This document shows, one piece after another, positions 1 through 10,865 of a stretch of DNA of 64,000 bases; positions within the stretch are counted from its first letter, which is position 1, and every line of letters starts with the position of its first letter. The translations under genes and the position numbers were made by a program. The notes under the pieces were generated by a model. It ran no database searches. It was given only the letters and a program-made list of their open reading frames with translations, and was not told the origin of the DNA. The stretch is from an uncultured Thermodesulfobacteriota bacterium. Lineage in GTDB: Bacteria > Desulfobacterota > B13-G15. The DNA lies in assembly GCA_964611295.1 (NCBI GenBank), contig CAZSWV010000006.1, forward strand, positions 7,571 through 71,570. Direction: 5' to 3'.

Positions 1-81
1 AGCCTTGAGTTCCTCGCAAGAGGATGGTATCTTCTCTCCACTTTAAAGGATGGTCCTGAAACATTATACTTCGCTTAAACG

Positions 82-513
82 ATGCCCAAAGGCCGTCTTC
101 CTGACCCGTTGAAGAGAAGGGAAATCCTCTACGGTAAAGGCACCCCCACTGAGGTGTTGATAGAGTACGGTAAGTTATACCTAGAGGAAGGGCGCCTGAA
201 CGATGCGGTGGAGTTCTTCGGTGTGGCCGGTTTCAAAGAGGGTTTGATGGAGATGAAGGAGTTGGCCATAAAGGAAGGCGACTACTTCCTTTTGGAGAGG
301 GTCTTCGAGTTCCTCGGTGAGGAAGGTGGGAAAGAGGAGTGGCTTTCCTTGGGCAAAAGGGCTTTGGAGCTTGAGAAGTTCGTCTTTGCCAAGAAGGCCT
401 TTGCGAAGGCAGGGGATTTGGAGGCTATGAAGGAAGTAGAAAAACTTCAAAGGGAGGTAAAGGGTGGAAAGGGAGAACAGAGAAGAACTGAGGAAGATGC
501 TCCTCTCCCTTAG
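82..513 (+). CDS. hypothetical alpha-helical (TPR-like?) protein
   Basis: ORF of 143 aa with good coding bias and no recognisable catalytic motifs. Its 3' end overlaps the next ORF by 50 nt. Confidence 0.35.
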   Translation: MPKGRLPDPLKRREILYGKGTPTEVLIEYGKLYLEEGRLNDAVEFFGVAGFKEGLMEMKELAIKEGDYFLLERVFEFLGEEGGKEEWLSLGKRALELEKFVFAKKAFAKAGDLEAMKEVEKLQREVKGGKGEQRRTEEDAPLP

Positions 514-898
514 GGAGGAGACATTGAGGAAGATAGAAGAAGAGGTAGGGGCGAAGGTGAAAGAGGACCCCCGTTTTACCACGCTTTCGACCATGGACAT
601 AGGCGACCTTTCACAGTTCGACCTTGACGCCGACATAAACTATAGCTTGCTCCAAGGACATCTGGAGAGGTTGAGGAACATAAACGAGGCCCTGAGGAGG
701 CTTGATGAAGGGACTTATGGGTACTGTGAGGAGTGCGGTAGGGAGATCGGGATCAAGAGGTTGAAGGTCCTTCCCTTTGCCCGGTATTGTGTGGAGTGTC
801 AGGGGAGGCTGGAGAAGATACAAAAACAGGCCCGTATGGGCAAGGTCTTCTATCGTTTCGAGGAACTGGAAGGAGAAGAAGAGGAGAGCTTTTCTTGA
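464..898 (+). CDS. DksA/TraR-family C4-type zinc-finger protein
   Basis: C-terminal CEECGREIGIKRLKVLPFARYCVECQ is a C4 zinc finger, and the coiled-coil-like N-terminal region is typical of DksA/TraR. The start may be downstream of 464. Confidence 0.55.
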   Translation: MERENREELRKMLLSLREETLRKIEEEVGAKVKEDPRFTTLSTMDIGDLSQFDLDADINYSLLQGHLERLRNINEALRRLDEGTYGYCEECGREIGIKRLKVLPFARYCVECQGRLEKIQKQARMGKVFYRFEELEGEEEESFS

Positions 899-924
899 AA
901 ACGCCAGGGAGATGATTATTTATA
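895..924 (+). promoter_or_regulatory. candidate sigma70-like promoter for groES-groEL
   Basis: TTGAAA at 895-900, then ATTTAT/TTTATA about 17-18 nt downstream, about 55 nt before the groES RBS AAAGGAGGGG. Confidence 0.3.
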
Positions 925-978
925 GCTAGTGAAAACCGACAGTTAAAGCGGCAAAAACTAAGAAAGGAGGGGAGTAAG

Positions 979-1275
979 ATGAAAGTAGTTCCTCTGCAGG
1001 ATAGGGTCCTTATAGAACGCATTGAGCAAGCTGAAGAAAGATCTCCAGGTGGTATCATCATCCCTGATACGGCGAAGGAAAAGCCCATGGAAGGGAAGGT
1101 TGTGGCCGTAGGTAAGGGAAGGGTTAAAGAGGATGGCACGGTGATACCTCTCGATGTGAAGGTGGGCGACAGGGTTATATTCAGCAAATATGCGGGTACC
1201 GAAATAAAGATAGACGGCAAGGAATACCTTATCATGCGCGAAGACGATATCCTCGGTATCATAGTTGAAGACTAA
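979..1275 (+). CDS. groES: co-chaperonin GroES (10 kDa)
   Basis: 98 aa, [14 protein letters not shown]...[33 protein letters not shown], a full-length canonical GroES. Confidence 0.95.
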   Translation: MKVVPLQDRVLIERIEQAEERSPGGIIIPDTAKEKPMEGKVVAVGKGRVKEDGTVIPLDVKVGDRVIFSKYAGTEIKIDGKEYLIMREDDILGIIVED

Positions 1276-2922
<1,647 letters not shown>

Positions 2923-2946
2923 AGGATAGCCTCTAGGTAACGTAAA

Positions 2947-2979
2947 GGCGAGGCCCTTTGGGGCCTCGCCTTTTTATTT
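2947..2979 (+). terminator. rho-independent terminator after groEL
   Basis: Perfect 10-bp stem GGCGAGGCCC / GGGCCTCGCC with loop TTTG, followed by TTTTTATTT. It is shared with the 3' end of the convergent ttuA. Confidence 0.7.
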
Positions 2980-3864
2980 CTTCTTTGCCTTTTCCTTCAA
3001 CCGGCAGAAGTTACAAAGGTCACCTGTAGTTTGATATCCACATGAGCTACAGGGTCTAAGTTGTGGCTCTTCTATGCGGAAGCGGTCCTGTAGTTTTAGG
3101 AAACCTTGGTAGAACCTAAGTTTTGTCCCAGGAGATCTTTCCTCTATTTGGTTCAGCACGTCCTTGTAAAAGAGGCTTGTAGCCCCTTCACTGAAGGGGC
3201 ATTCTTCCAGGATATAGTCGATGTCTGACGCTATGGCATACGCTGCCATTTCCCTCTCAGTACAAAGGACAAGTGGCTTTACCCTTGGGGCAAAACCGTC
3301 ACGGGCCTCAAGCCTTGGTGCTTGCCTTCCTAAATAGCCTTCCTTCCAGTCCAGGACATTACCCAGGAGGGTTGCGGCCTCATCGTCTAAGTTATGGCCT
3401 GTAGCCAAGGTCCTGTCCGTTTCACATGCTACCTTGTTCATGAGGTAACGTTTGACCATGCCACATAAGGAACATGGCGGTCTCATGTCCTTTTTGGAGA
3501 GTTGGGGGATGCCCAAGCCTGAAAAATGTTCTCTTACGTCTTCCACCAAAAGGGATAGCCCCTTTTTTTGGGCAAAGGCCTTCGCCTTTTCAAGGGAACG
3601 ATCAGAATATCCCTCTATCCCCAAGTGGATGTAAAGTCCTATGGTGTCATAACCTAGTCCGTCAAGGATTTCCCAAAGGCTTAGGCTGTCCTTTCCGCCT
3701 GATACAGCCACAAGGACTTTTTCCCCTTTTTTTAGGAGTCTAAAGTCCCTTATGGCCTTCTGGACCCTCCGTTTTACGAAGTCCCTCAAGCAGTCCTGAC
3801 ATAAGCTGAGGTTATAAGCCCTGAGTCTCAACACAGCCCTTTGGCCACACAGCTTGCACTTCAC
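2974..3864 (-). CDS. ttuA: tRNA 2-thiolation PP-loop ATPase (TtuA/NcsA family)
   Basis: PP-loop SGGKDS, an N-terminal Zn finger CKLCGQRA...LCQDC, a C-terminal CSSCGY...CNFC, and a CSLCGM Fe-S motif. The N-terminus closely resembles Thermus TtuA. Confidence 0.75.
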   Translation of the reverse strand: MKCKLCGQRAVLRLRAYNLSLCQDCLRDFVKRRVQKAIRDFRLLKKGEKVLVAVSGGKDSLSLWEILDGLGYDTIGLYIHLGIEGYSDRSLEKAKAFAQKKGLSLLVEDVREHFSGLGIPQLSKKDMRPPCSLCGMVKRYLMNKVACETDRTLATGHNLDDEAATLLGNVLDWKEGYLGRQAPRLEARDGFAPRVKPLVLCTEREMAAYAIASDIDYILEECPFSEGATSLFYKDVLNQIEERSPGTKLRFYQGFLKLQDRFRIEEPQLRPCSSCGYQTTGDLCNFCRLKEKAKKK

Positions 3865-3868
3865 CCCT

Positions 3869-4057
3869 TTAACCCCCGGAAATTACAGGTATGACCTTTA
3901 TTTCCCCTTCTTCAAGGGGGATATCAGGGGGGAGTAGCTTTCCGTCTTTAAGGAGTAGTACCTCTTCTTCTTTCAGCCCAAGCCTTTTAATGACCTCAAG
4001 GCCTGTGACCTTTCCCTCAAAGGTGTAATACCTGTCGCGCCAAAAGACCTTGACCAT
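3869..4057 (-). CDS. ttuB: ThiS/MoaD-like sulfur-carrier protein (TtuB-like)
   Basis: 62 aa ending in ...VIPVISGG (C-terminal Gly-Gly), and lying immediately upstream of ttuA in the same orientation. Confidence 0.6.
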   Translation of the reverse strand: MVKVFWRDRYYTFEGKVTGLEVIKRLGLKEEEVLLLKDGKLLPPDIPLEEGEIKVIPVISGG

Positions 4058-4140
4058 GTATCTCTACCTCCCTCTTTGGAAGAAGATAATACCTCAGGCG
4101 TTGACATGGCGTCACGGTTTTTATTAGCTATTTAAAAGCC

Positions 4141-5166
4141 ATGAAGGCCATGGTCTTGGAAGAGATCGTTCCCTCTATAGAAGCCGTAAACCAACCTTTA
4201 AAGCTTAAAGATTTGCCTATTCCAAAACCCGGTCCGAGGGATCTCCTTATAAAGGTCCTGGCATGTGGTATATGTCGCACAGAACTTGACGAGATCGAAG
4301 GACGAAAGAAGCCCCATCTGCCTGTCATACCCGGACACGAAGTGGTAGGGGTGGTAGAAGAGGTTGGAGAGGAGGTGAAGGGGTTTAAGGTAGGACAGAG
4401 GGTCGGGGTAGGTTGGATTTACTGGGCTTGTGGGCGTTGTCCTTACTGTCTGAGAGGTGAAGAAAACCTTTGCGATGACTTCAAAGGGACAGGATGCGAT
4501 GCAGACGGAGGTTATGCGGAGTATATGGTGATAGACGAGAGGTTTGCAGTAAGGCTTCCCGAGGGGTTAAACGACCTTGAAGCGGCACCGCTCCTCTGTG
4601 CAGGTGCCATTGGTTATAGGTCCCTAAGGTTAAGCGGTATGGAGGACGGTGAAATCCTTGGGCTTTTCGGCTTTGGTGCCTCAGGTCATATAGTGCTACA
4701 AATGGTAAAGTATCTCTACCCGAACTCGAAGGTCTTTGTGTTCACTCGCAAAAAGGGAGATCCGCCAAGCTTATTGGCTGAAGAACTTGGGGCTGATTGG
4801 GTGGGCGAGACGGGCCAGATGCCTCCAGAGAAGTTAAACAAGGCCATAGACACAACCCCTTCGGGGGAAGTGGTGAGAGAGGCGCTGCGCGTACTCGATA
4901 AAGGCGGCAGACTGGTGATCAACGCCATAAGGAAAGAGACAAAGATACCCGAACTCGACTACGCACAATGCCTCTGGGAGGAGAAAGAAGTAAAGAGTGT
5001 GGCCAACGTCACAAAAAGGGACATCGAAGGATTTCTGGAACTTGCCTCAAAGGTCCCCATCCGACCAGAGGTAACGGTTTTCCGACTAGAAGAGGCCAAT
5101 AGAGCCCTGCTCCTGCTGAAAAGAGGCGGCTACAGGGGAGCGGGAGTTTTGAAGATCCAAGGTTAA
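4141..5166 (+). CDS. zinc-dependent alcohol dehydrogenase family oxidoreductase
   Basis: GHEVVGVVEEVG, the structural-Zn motif CGRCPYCLRGEENLCD and a Rossmann GLFGFGASGH motif. There is no obvious SD before the ATG. Confidence 0.8.
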   Translation: MKAMVLEEIVPSIEAVNQPLKLKDLPIPKPGPRDLLIKVLACGICRTELDEIEGRKKPHLPVIPGHEVVGVVEEVGEEVKGFKVGQRVGVGWIYWACGRCPYCLRGEENLCDDFKGTGCDADGGYAEYMVIDERFAVRLPEGLNDLEAAPLLCAGAIGYRSLRLSGMEDGEILGLFGFGASGHIVLQMVKYLYPNSKVFVFTRKKGDPPSLLAEELGADWVGETGQMPPEKLNKAIDTTPSGEVVREALRVLDKGGRLVINAIRKETKIPELDYAQCLWEEKEVKSVANVTKRDIEGFLELASKVPIRPEVTVFRLEEANRALLLLKRGGYRGAGVLKIQG

Positions 5167-5180
5167 AAGGAGGTGTCGAG

Positions 5181-5600
5181 GTGGAGCGGACCTTGGTGAT
5201 CGTCAAACCAGATGGGGTTAAGAAAAACCTCATAGGAGAGGTGATAAGGCGGTTCGAAACAGAAGGATTAAAGGTGGTCGGTCTCAAGATGATACGCTTA
5301 AGTAAAGAGGCCGCTCAAGGTTTCTACCACGTCCACAAGGATAAGCCCTTTTTTGAGTCCCTAACGGACTTCATGTCAGAGGGGCCGATAGTGGTCATGG
5401 TCCTAGAAGGCGAAGGGGCCATCGAAAGGGTTAGGGAAATAATGGGCGCCACCGATCCCAAGAAGGCCGCCCCTGGGACTATAAGGGCCCTTTACGGAGA
5501 TAACATACAGGAAAACATCGTCCATGGTTCCGATTCTCCTGAAAGCGCAAGCTTCGAAATCCCTTATTTTTTCAATGCTTTGGAGATCTACGCAAGATAG
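5181..5600 (+). CDS. ndk: nucleoside diphosphate kinase
   Basis: RTLVIVKPDGV...NIVHGSDS, a GTG start 7 nt after AAGGAGG. Confidence 0.9.
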   Translation: MERTLVIVKPDGVKKNLIGEVIRRFETEGLKVVGLKMIRLSKEAAQGFYHVHKDKPFFESLTDFMSEGPIVVMVLEGEGAIERVREIMGATDPKKAAPGTIRALYGDNIQENIVHGSDSPESASFEIPYFFNALEIYAR

Positions 5601-5632
5601 AACTCCTTTTTGCCGTTTAACATGCTGTTCAG

Positions 5633-5662
5633 TTGACAAAGGTCAGGTCCCTAATGTAAAAG
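5633..5662 (+). promoter_or_regulatory. candidate promoter for the hbd operon
   Basis: TTGACA at 5633-5638, followed 17-18 nt later by TGTAAAAG, an extended -10-like element. Confidence 0.3.
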
Positions 5663-5713
5663 ATTTTGTGAAAGTGGGAACTTAGTTGGGAAAACATAGG
5701 GAGGAGGTGGAAG

Positions 5714-6568
5714 ATGGAGATAAAGAAAATAGGAATTGTAGGTGCAGGGGCTATGGGGAGTGGGATCGCTCAAGTCTGTGCGCAAGTGGGATTTGAAGTG
5801 ATCATCAGGGACCTAACTGAGGAGCTCGTCCAAAAGGGTATAAAGAGCATAGACGCCTTTATGACTGAAGGGATAAGGCGTGGGAAGGTCACTGAAGAGC
5901 AGAAGCAGCAGACCCTTTCACGTATAAAGGGAACTACTTCCATGGCTGACCTAAAGGACGTGGATTTTGTGGTAGAGGCAGTGGTAGAGGACATGGAGGT
6001 AAAGAAGCAGGTTTTTAAAGAGCTTGACGAGCTTGTGAGGCCAGAGGTCATCCTTTCTACCAATACTTCTTCTTTAAGCATTACCGAAATTGCTACTGCG
6101 ACAAAGAGGCCTGATAAAGTGGTAGGGATGCATTTCTTCAACCCTGTACCCTTGATGAGGCTTGTGGAGATTGTGAAAGGGCTTGAGACAAGCGACGAGA
6201 CTGTGAAGGTGTGTTATGAACTTGCAGAAAAACTCGGCAAGGTACCTGTGGTCATTAAGAAGGACGTCCCTGGTTTTGTGGTCAATAGGATCATGATGAT
6301 ACAGTTTATGGAGGCGATAAGGCTTTACGAGGAGGGTGTGGCTTCCTTGGAGGACATAGACAAAGCGGTGAAGTTCGGTTTGAACTACCCCATGGGACCT
6401 TTCGAGCTCATGGACCTCACGGGGCTAGACATTGGTTATCACGTGAACGAGTATCTTGCGAAGGAACTAGATTACTGGCCTGCTACCCCTTACAGCCTTA
6501 AGGTAAGGGTTAAAGCCGGGAAGCTGGGCAGGAAGTCAGGCGAGGGTTGGTATAAGTATCAGAAGTAA
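5714..6568 (+). CDS. hbd: 3-hydroxyacyl-CoA / 3-hydroxybutyryl-CoA dehydrogenase
   Basis: N-terminal Rossmann IGIVGAGAMGSGIAQV and the FadB/Hbd family signature, 284 aa. Confidence 0.85.
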   Translation: MEIKKIGIVGAGAMGSGIAQVCAQVGFEVIIRDLTEELVQKGIKSIDAFMTEGIRRGKVTEEQKQQTLSRIKGTTSMADLKDVDFVVEAVVEDMEVKKQVFKELDELVRPEVILSTNTSSLSITEIATATKRPDKVVGMHFFNPVPLMRLVEIVKGLETSDETVKVCYELAEKLGKVPVVIKKDVPGFVVNRIMMIQFMEAIRLYEEGVASLEDIDKAVKFGLNYPMGPFELMDLTGLDIGYHVNEYLAKELDYWPATPYSLKVRVKAGKLGRKSGEGWYKYQK

Positions 6569-6580
6569 GGAGGAGGGGAG

Positions 6581-7363
6581 ATGGAACTTAATTTCGAAAA
6601 CCTAAAGGTGGAGAAGTTCGAGCGAGTACTCCTTGTGACCCTTAATCGTCCTCCTTATAACCCCCTTAGTTCTGCCCTTTACGGTGAGATCCTCAAGCTC
6701 TGTGAGGAAGTGGAAAAAAGCGGGGAAGTCAAGGTCATGGTGATATATGGGGCTGGAAAGGCTTTCTCCACAGGCCTTGACGTTAAGGAGGTGGAGGGGA
6801 AATCGGTGGTGGAGATGGCCTCGATAGGGGACCTAAGCAGGAAGGCATCCTGTGCCTTAGCTGAGTTGTCCATACCGACTATTGCAGCCATCTCCGGTTT
6901 GGCGGTTGGTGGAGGGTTGGAGCTGGCCCTTTGTTGCGACTTTAGGTTTGCCTCTGAGGATTCGAGGTTCGGGCAGCCCGAAATAAACTTGGGGATCATT
7001 CCCGGTGGTGGTGCTACCCAAAGGCTTCCCCGGTTGATAGGGCTTGCGCGGGCAAAGGAGTTGCTGTTCACGGGTCAGATGATAGATGCCAAAAGGGCCT
7101 TGGAGATAGGCTTAATCGATAAGGTGTTCCCTGCCGAGAGGCTACTTGAGGAAAGCTTGAACTTTGCCAAAGAGCTAGCGCAAAAGCCACTTGTGGCCCT
7201 TAAGGCATTGAAGCGGGCCATTTCCAAAGGCATTGATATGCCCCTTGATGCAGCGCTGGTCTATGAAGGGCAGTGTTTCTTACAGACCTATGTATCGGAG
7301 GATGGGCGAGAAGGCCTTAGGGCCTTTGTGGAGAAGCGCAAGCCCGAGTTCAAAGACCGCTGA
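6581..7363 (+). CDS. enoyl-CoA hydratase/isomerase (crotonase family)
   Basis: Crotonase fold motifs AISGLAVGGGLELALCCDFRFA and PEINLGIIPGGGATQRL, 260 aa. Confidence 0.85.
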   Translation: MELNFENLKVEKFERVLLVTLNRPPYNPLSSALYGEILKLCEEVEKSGEVKVMVIYGAGKAFSTGLDVKEVEGKSVVEMASIGDLSRKASCALAELSIPTIAAISGLAVGGGLELALCCDFRFASEDSRFGQPEINLGIIPGGGATQRLPRLIGLARAKELLFTGQMIDAKRALEIGLIDKVFPAERLLEESLNFAKELAQKPLVALKALKRAISKGIDMPLDAALVYEGQCFLQTYVSEDGREGLRAFVEKRKPEFKDR

Positions 7364-7376
7364 GAGGAGGTGACGT

Positions 7377-8561
7377 ATGGAGCGGAGGGTGTGTATCGTC
7401 GGCGGTGGGATGTGTAAATGGGGGCAAAGGGAAGCGAGTTTGTGGGATTTGGTGCAGGAGGCGGGAAAGGAATGCCTTGAGGACATCCCGGGGCTTAAGC
7501 CCAAGGATATAGACGGTTTGATCTTCGCCAATGCTACGGCCGGAAGGCGCGGGTTTCAGATCAACAGTGCCCCCATCGCTGCCGAGAGGCTTGGTATAAA
7601 ACCTACTTCCATATGCTGTCGGGTGGACGTGTTGTGTGCGAGTGGGAGTACAGCCATCCTTTTGGCCTACGGGTTGATAAAGAGCGGCATGGCCGACGTG
7701 ATCATGGTGGTCGGTGGGGAAAAGTGCTATACGCCCCAGAAATGGGAGATCTTTTATAGCGAACTTGCGACAGCTGATCACGATTGGGATAGCGTTCACG
7801 GTCTAGGGCTGCCTCCCCCTTACTTTGCCATGGTGGCCAAGGAACACATGAAGCATTACGGTACCACCAAGGAACACCTCGCATGGGTTTCGGTGGTGAA
7901 CTATAACTATGGTGCTGAAAACCCGAAGGCCCAATTCCAGAAGAAGTTGACCCTTGAGGAAGCCCTAAACGCCCCAGAGGTGGTACCGCCCCTTACCCTT
8001 TACGACTGTTGCCCCATAACAGATGGAGCGGCGGCTGTGGTCTTGGCTTGCGAGGAGAAGGCAAAGGACATGACCAATAGACCCCTTGTTTACATCCGCG
8101 GAGGGGCACAGGCGAGCCTTCATGCTTGTTCGGCCAATTGGCCGGGTGAACACTTCGCCGATTGGCCCCATTTGCGTGCTGCAGCCCAAAGGGCATATTC
8201 AGTGGCGAAGGTTGGGCCGGAGGACATCGACGTTGCCCAGACCCATGACTGTTTCAGCATCTCTCAGGTAATCGAGGTAGAAGAACTTGGGTTCTGCAAG
8301 AAAGGCGAAGGCGGTCCCTTTATCGCCTCGGGTCAGACCAAGATAGGGGGTAAGATCCCCATCAACACCGATGGAGGGCTTCTATCAGTAGGTCACCCCT
8401 TTGGGGCCACGGGGATCCGTCAGGCCATAGAGATAATGAAGCAATTACAAGGTAGGGCTAGGTTCCAGGTGGAAGGAGCTGAGATAGGTTTGACGCACAA
8501 CCTGAGCGGTTTGAACTTTGAGCACACGATCGTCATCTATGGAAGGGAACCAGTGAAGTAA
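7377..8561 (+). CDS. thiolase-like protein (SCP-x / DUF35-partnered type)
   Basis: Thiolase fold with the active-site region VDVLCASGSTAIL. It is the type that pairs with a DUF35 Zn-ribbon protein (archaeal thiolase/HMGCS and BbsAB-like). Confidence 0.75.
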   Translation: MERRVCIVGGGMCKWGQREASLWDLVQEAGKECLEDIPGLKPKDIDGLIFANATAGRRGFQINSAPIAAERLGIKPTSICCRVDVLCASGSTAILLAYGLIKSGMADVIMVVGGEKCYTPQKWEIFYSELATADHDWDSVHGLGLPPPYFAMVAKEHMKHYGTTKEHLAWVSVVNYNYGAENPKAQFQKKLTLEEALNAPEVVPPLTLYDCCPITDGAAAVVLACEEKAKDMTNRPLVYIRGGAQASLHACSANWPGEHFADWPHLRAAAQRAYSVAKVGPEDIDVAQTHDCFSISQVIEVEELGFCKKGEGGPFIASGQTKIGGKIPINTDGGLLSVGHPFGATGIRQAIEIMKQLQGRARFQVEGAEIGLTHNLSGLNFEHTIVIYGREPVK

Positions 8562-8574
8562 AGGAGGTGAAGAG

Positions 8575-9075
8575 ATGGCCGTCCTTGGCGTACCGATAAT
8601 AGAAGACAAATACCCTTACACTATGGACATGTGGCCTTTGCAGTGTAAGGAGTTCAATCGGCTCTATAAGTTTTACGAACATTTAAAAGAAGGGCGGTTT
8701 ACCACAACGAGGTGTAGGACTTGTGGTCATGTGGCCTATCCCCCACGGGTTATATGTCCACAATGCTATTCAGAAGACCTCGAATGGATAGACCTCCCTA
8801 AAAGGGGCAAAGTAATAGTCTTCACCGAACAGGTGAGAGGCGTGCCCCTTGGGTTTGAGTCGCCGCTGATTCACGCCCTTATTGACCTAGGGGAAGGAAG
8901 TCCTGTGAGGCGGATCCTTTCCAGGATCATCAACTGTCCAGCCGGAAAGCTCAAGGAAGGGGATGAGGTACAACTTGTAGTCTTCCCCGTGCCTTCCCAT
9001 CCCATTGAGGTCAAAGGCGGTGAGATGAAGTGGGTCGACAGGGTCTTTTTTGCCTTTGAACCTGTGCAGAAATAA
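8575..9075 (+). CDS. DUF35 Zn-ribbon/OB-fold protein (thiolase partner)
   Basis: CRTCGHVAYPPRVICPQC zinc ribbon followed by an OB-fold region, 166 aa, directly after the thiolase. Confidence 0.75.
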   Translation: MAVLGVPIIEDKYPYTMDMWPLQCKEFNRLYKFYEHLKEGRFTTTRCRTCGHVAYPPRVICPQCYSEDLEWIDLPKRGKVIVFTEQVRGVPLGFESPLIHALIDLGEGSPVRRILSRIINCPAGKLKEGDEVQLVVFPVPSHPIEVKGGEMKWVDRVFFAFEPVQK

Positions 9076-9087
9076 GTAGCGTAGCCA

Positions 9088-9133
9088 AAAAGAAAGGGGG
9101 GCATGGCCCCCCTTTCTTTTTGGGGGGCTTTTT
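9088..9133. terminator. bidirectional rho-independent terminator
   Basis: 15-bp stem AAAGAAAGGGGGGC / GCCCCCCTTTCTTT with T-runs on both sides, between the convergent DUF35 gene and ligase-1. Confidence 0.7.
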
Positions 9134-9136
9134 CAT

Positions 9137-10708
9137 CTAGAGCGTCCTTAGCCTATAACGCATGATCTTCCCGGTAACGGTCCTTGGCAACTCCTTGACA
9201 AACTCTATGGCTTTTGGGGCCTTGAAGTGGGCGATTTTGCTTTTTACGAACTCTATGAGTTCCTTTTCCAGTTCCTTTGAGGGCTCATAGCCTTCTTTAA
9301 GGACTACGAAGCCTTTACCCTTCAGAAGGCCGTCCTCAAAGGGCATAGCCACCACAGCGCACTCCTGTACAGCAGGGTGCTCGAGAAGGGCGTTTTCCAC
9401 TTCCATTGGGGCTACCCATTGGCCGCTGATCTTCATCATGTCGTCTGCCCTGCCTTGGTAGTAATAAAGGCCTTCGTCGTCCTTGTAGAAGAGGTCTCCG
9501 GTCTTGAACCATTCTCCGAAAAAGACCTCCTTGTTCTTCTCGTGCCTTCGCCAATAAAATGGAGTAATTCCGTCGTTTTTAAGCCACAGTTCGCCCACTT
9601 CACCTGGTGCCTTTACGTCTTCACCTTCCTCCCCCACAAGTCTTGCCTCAAAACCGGGCAGGAGCATCCCTGAACAGTCGGGTTTTTCTTGGAGGTTGGG
9701 GTTGGCGATGTATTGGCCTCCTACGTCGGTACTACCAAGGCCGTTCACTATGGGTTTTTTGAAACGTTCCCAGAGCCTTTCCACTATCGTTCGAGGCATA
9801 GGCTCACCGGATGTGACGAAGGCCCTAACGGAACTGAAATCGACCTCTACGCCTTTTTCCAATTCCCTGAGCATGGCCGAATAAAAGCTCGGAACGCTGA
9901 AAAACAAGGTCGGTCTGTATTTCTTAACGATCTCAAATACTTCACCGATAGTATCAGGTGAAGGCCATTTGGGCCAGAGGACAGCTGAAACACCGTAAAG
10001 GAGTGTTGTGTCAAAGGTGGCGTTTTTCCCATAGGCAAAGAACATCTTAGAGGTGCAAAAAATGACGTCATCCTCCTTTACCTTATAGACGGTCTCACAC
10101 ACCGGCGGCCAATTGTAAAGTACATCGTGATGTAAATGGACCACTGCCTTGGGAAGCCCTGTAGTTCCGGAAGTATACATCCAGTAAGCCATGTCATCTT
10201 TAGAGGTTTCCTCAGGTTGAAGTTCAGCGGATGCCTTTTCTAGGAGCTGATCGAAGTTGAGAGTACCCGGCACCTCCTTACCTACCACTATTACATGTCT
10301 TAAGAACCTCGCTTGGTCTTTTATGGGGGCTATTTTTTCGTAAAGGTCATCAGATACTAGGATGGCCTTAGCCCTTGAGTCGTTTAAGAAGAAAAGGTAA
10401 TCACGCGAGGCTCCCATGGTGTTGACGGGAACAGGTATAGCCCCAATTTTCATGGCGCCAAGGACTCCGTAGAAATAAGCAGGAGAATCCCAAACAAGGA
10501 CCACCACTCGGTCTTCAGGAGCGATCCCCAATTGCCTCAAGGCATTACCAGTGCGGTTCACCTTTTCCAAGAGCTCCTTATAGGTGATCTTTTGGTCCAG
10601 ATAATACAAGGCCACCTTTTCTCCTCGTCCTTCCTTTAAATGCCTGTCTGTCAGAAACTCCGCTTGATTGAAAGCTTCGGGCACTTTAATCCCCAGAAAA
10701 CTAAACAT
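9137..10708 (-). CDS. AMP-dependent synthetase/ligase (benzoate-CoA-ligase-like), paralog 1
   Basis: AMP-binding motif YTSGTTGLPKAVVHLHHD. The start was re-set to the ATG at 10708 (MFSFLGIKV...) by alignment to paralog 2, with GGAGGTG upstream. The 619-aa ORF in the track is an artefactual 5' extension. Confidence 0.8.
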   Translation of the reverse strand: MFSFLGIKVPEAFNQAEFLTDRHLKEGRGEKVALYYLDQKITYKELLEKVNRTGNALRQLGIAPEDRVVVLVWDSPAYFYGVLGAMKIGAIPVPVNTMGASRDYLFFLNDSRAKAILVSDDLYEKIAPIKDQARFLRHVIVVGKEVPGTLNFDQLLEKASAELQPEETSKDDMAYWMYTSGTTGLPKAVVHLHHDVLYNWPPVCETVYKVKEDDVIFCTSKMFFAYGKNATFDTTLLYGVSAVLWPKWPSPDTIGEVFEIVKKYRPTLFFSVPSFYSAMLRELEKGVEVDFSSVRAFVTSGEPMPRTIVERLWERFKKPIVNGLGSTDVGGQYIANPNLQEKPDCSGMLLPGFEARLVGEEGEDVKAPGEVGELWLKNDGITPFYWRRHEKNKEVFFGEWFKTGDLFYKDDEGLYYYQGRADDMMKISGQWVAPMEVENALLEHPAVQECAVVAMPFEDGLLKGKGFVVLKEGYEPSKELEKELIEFVKSKIAHFKAPKAIEFVKELPRTVTGKIMRYRLRTL

Positions 10709-10820
10709 CCCACACCTCCCCCTTTTTTCAGGACTACCATTATAAGACATCGTTCCTTTATGGTGCAACAAAAAGGCCTTATAAGACCATAAAAGGATAA
10801 AAGAGGGCGTTTTAAAAAAC

Positions 10821-10850
10821 TTGACAAAGGGCCTTAGATGAAGGTAAGTT
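10821..10850 (+). promoter_or_regulatory. candidate promoter for the nuo operon
   Basis: TTGACA at 10821-10826 with an A-rich tract upstream. The -10 is weak (TAAGTT, 18-nt spacer). Confidence 0.3.
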
Positions 10851-10865
10851 TTCTGGGGGGCGGCG

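Noticed and set aside
895-978. CIRCE (HrcA operator) or sigma32 -10 element upstream of groES
   Set aside because: No TTAGCACTC-N9-GAGTGCTAA-like inverted repeat is present. The CTTGAAA matches a sigma32 -35, but no CCCCATNT-like -10 follows, so only a generic promoter call was kept.
4101-4140. Promoter call upstream of the alcohol dehydrogenase gene
   Set aside because: A perfect TTGACA is present, but no acceptable -10 lies at 16-19 nt spacing, and the gene has no SD. It is possibly leaderless, but the evidence is too weak to list as a feature.
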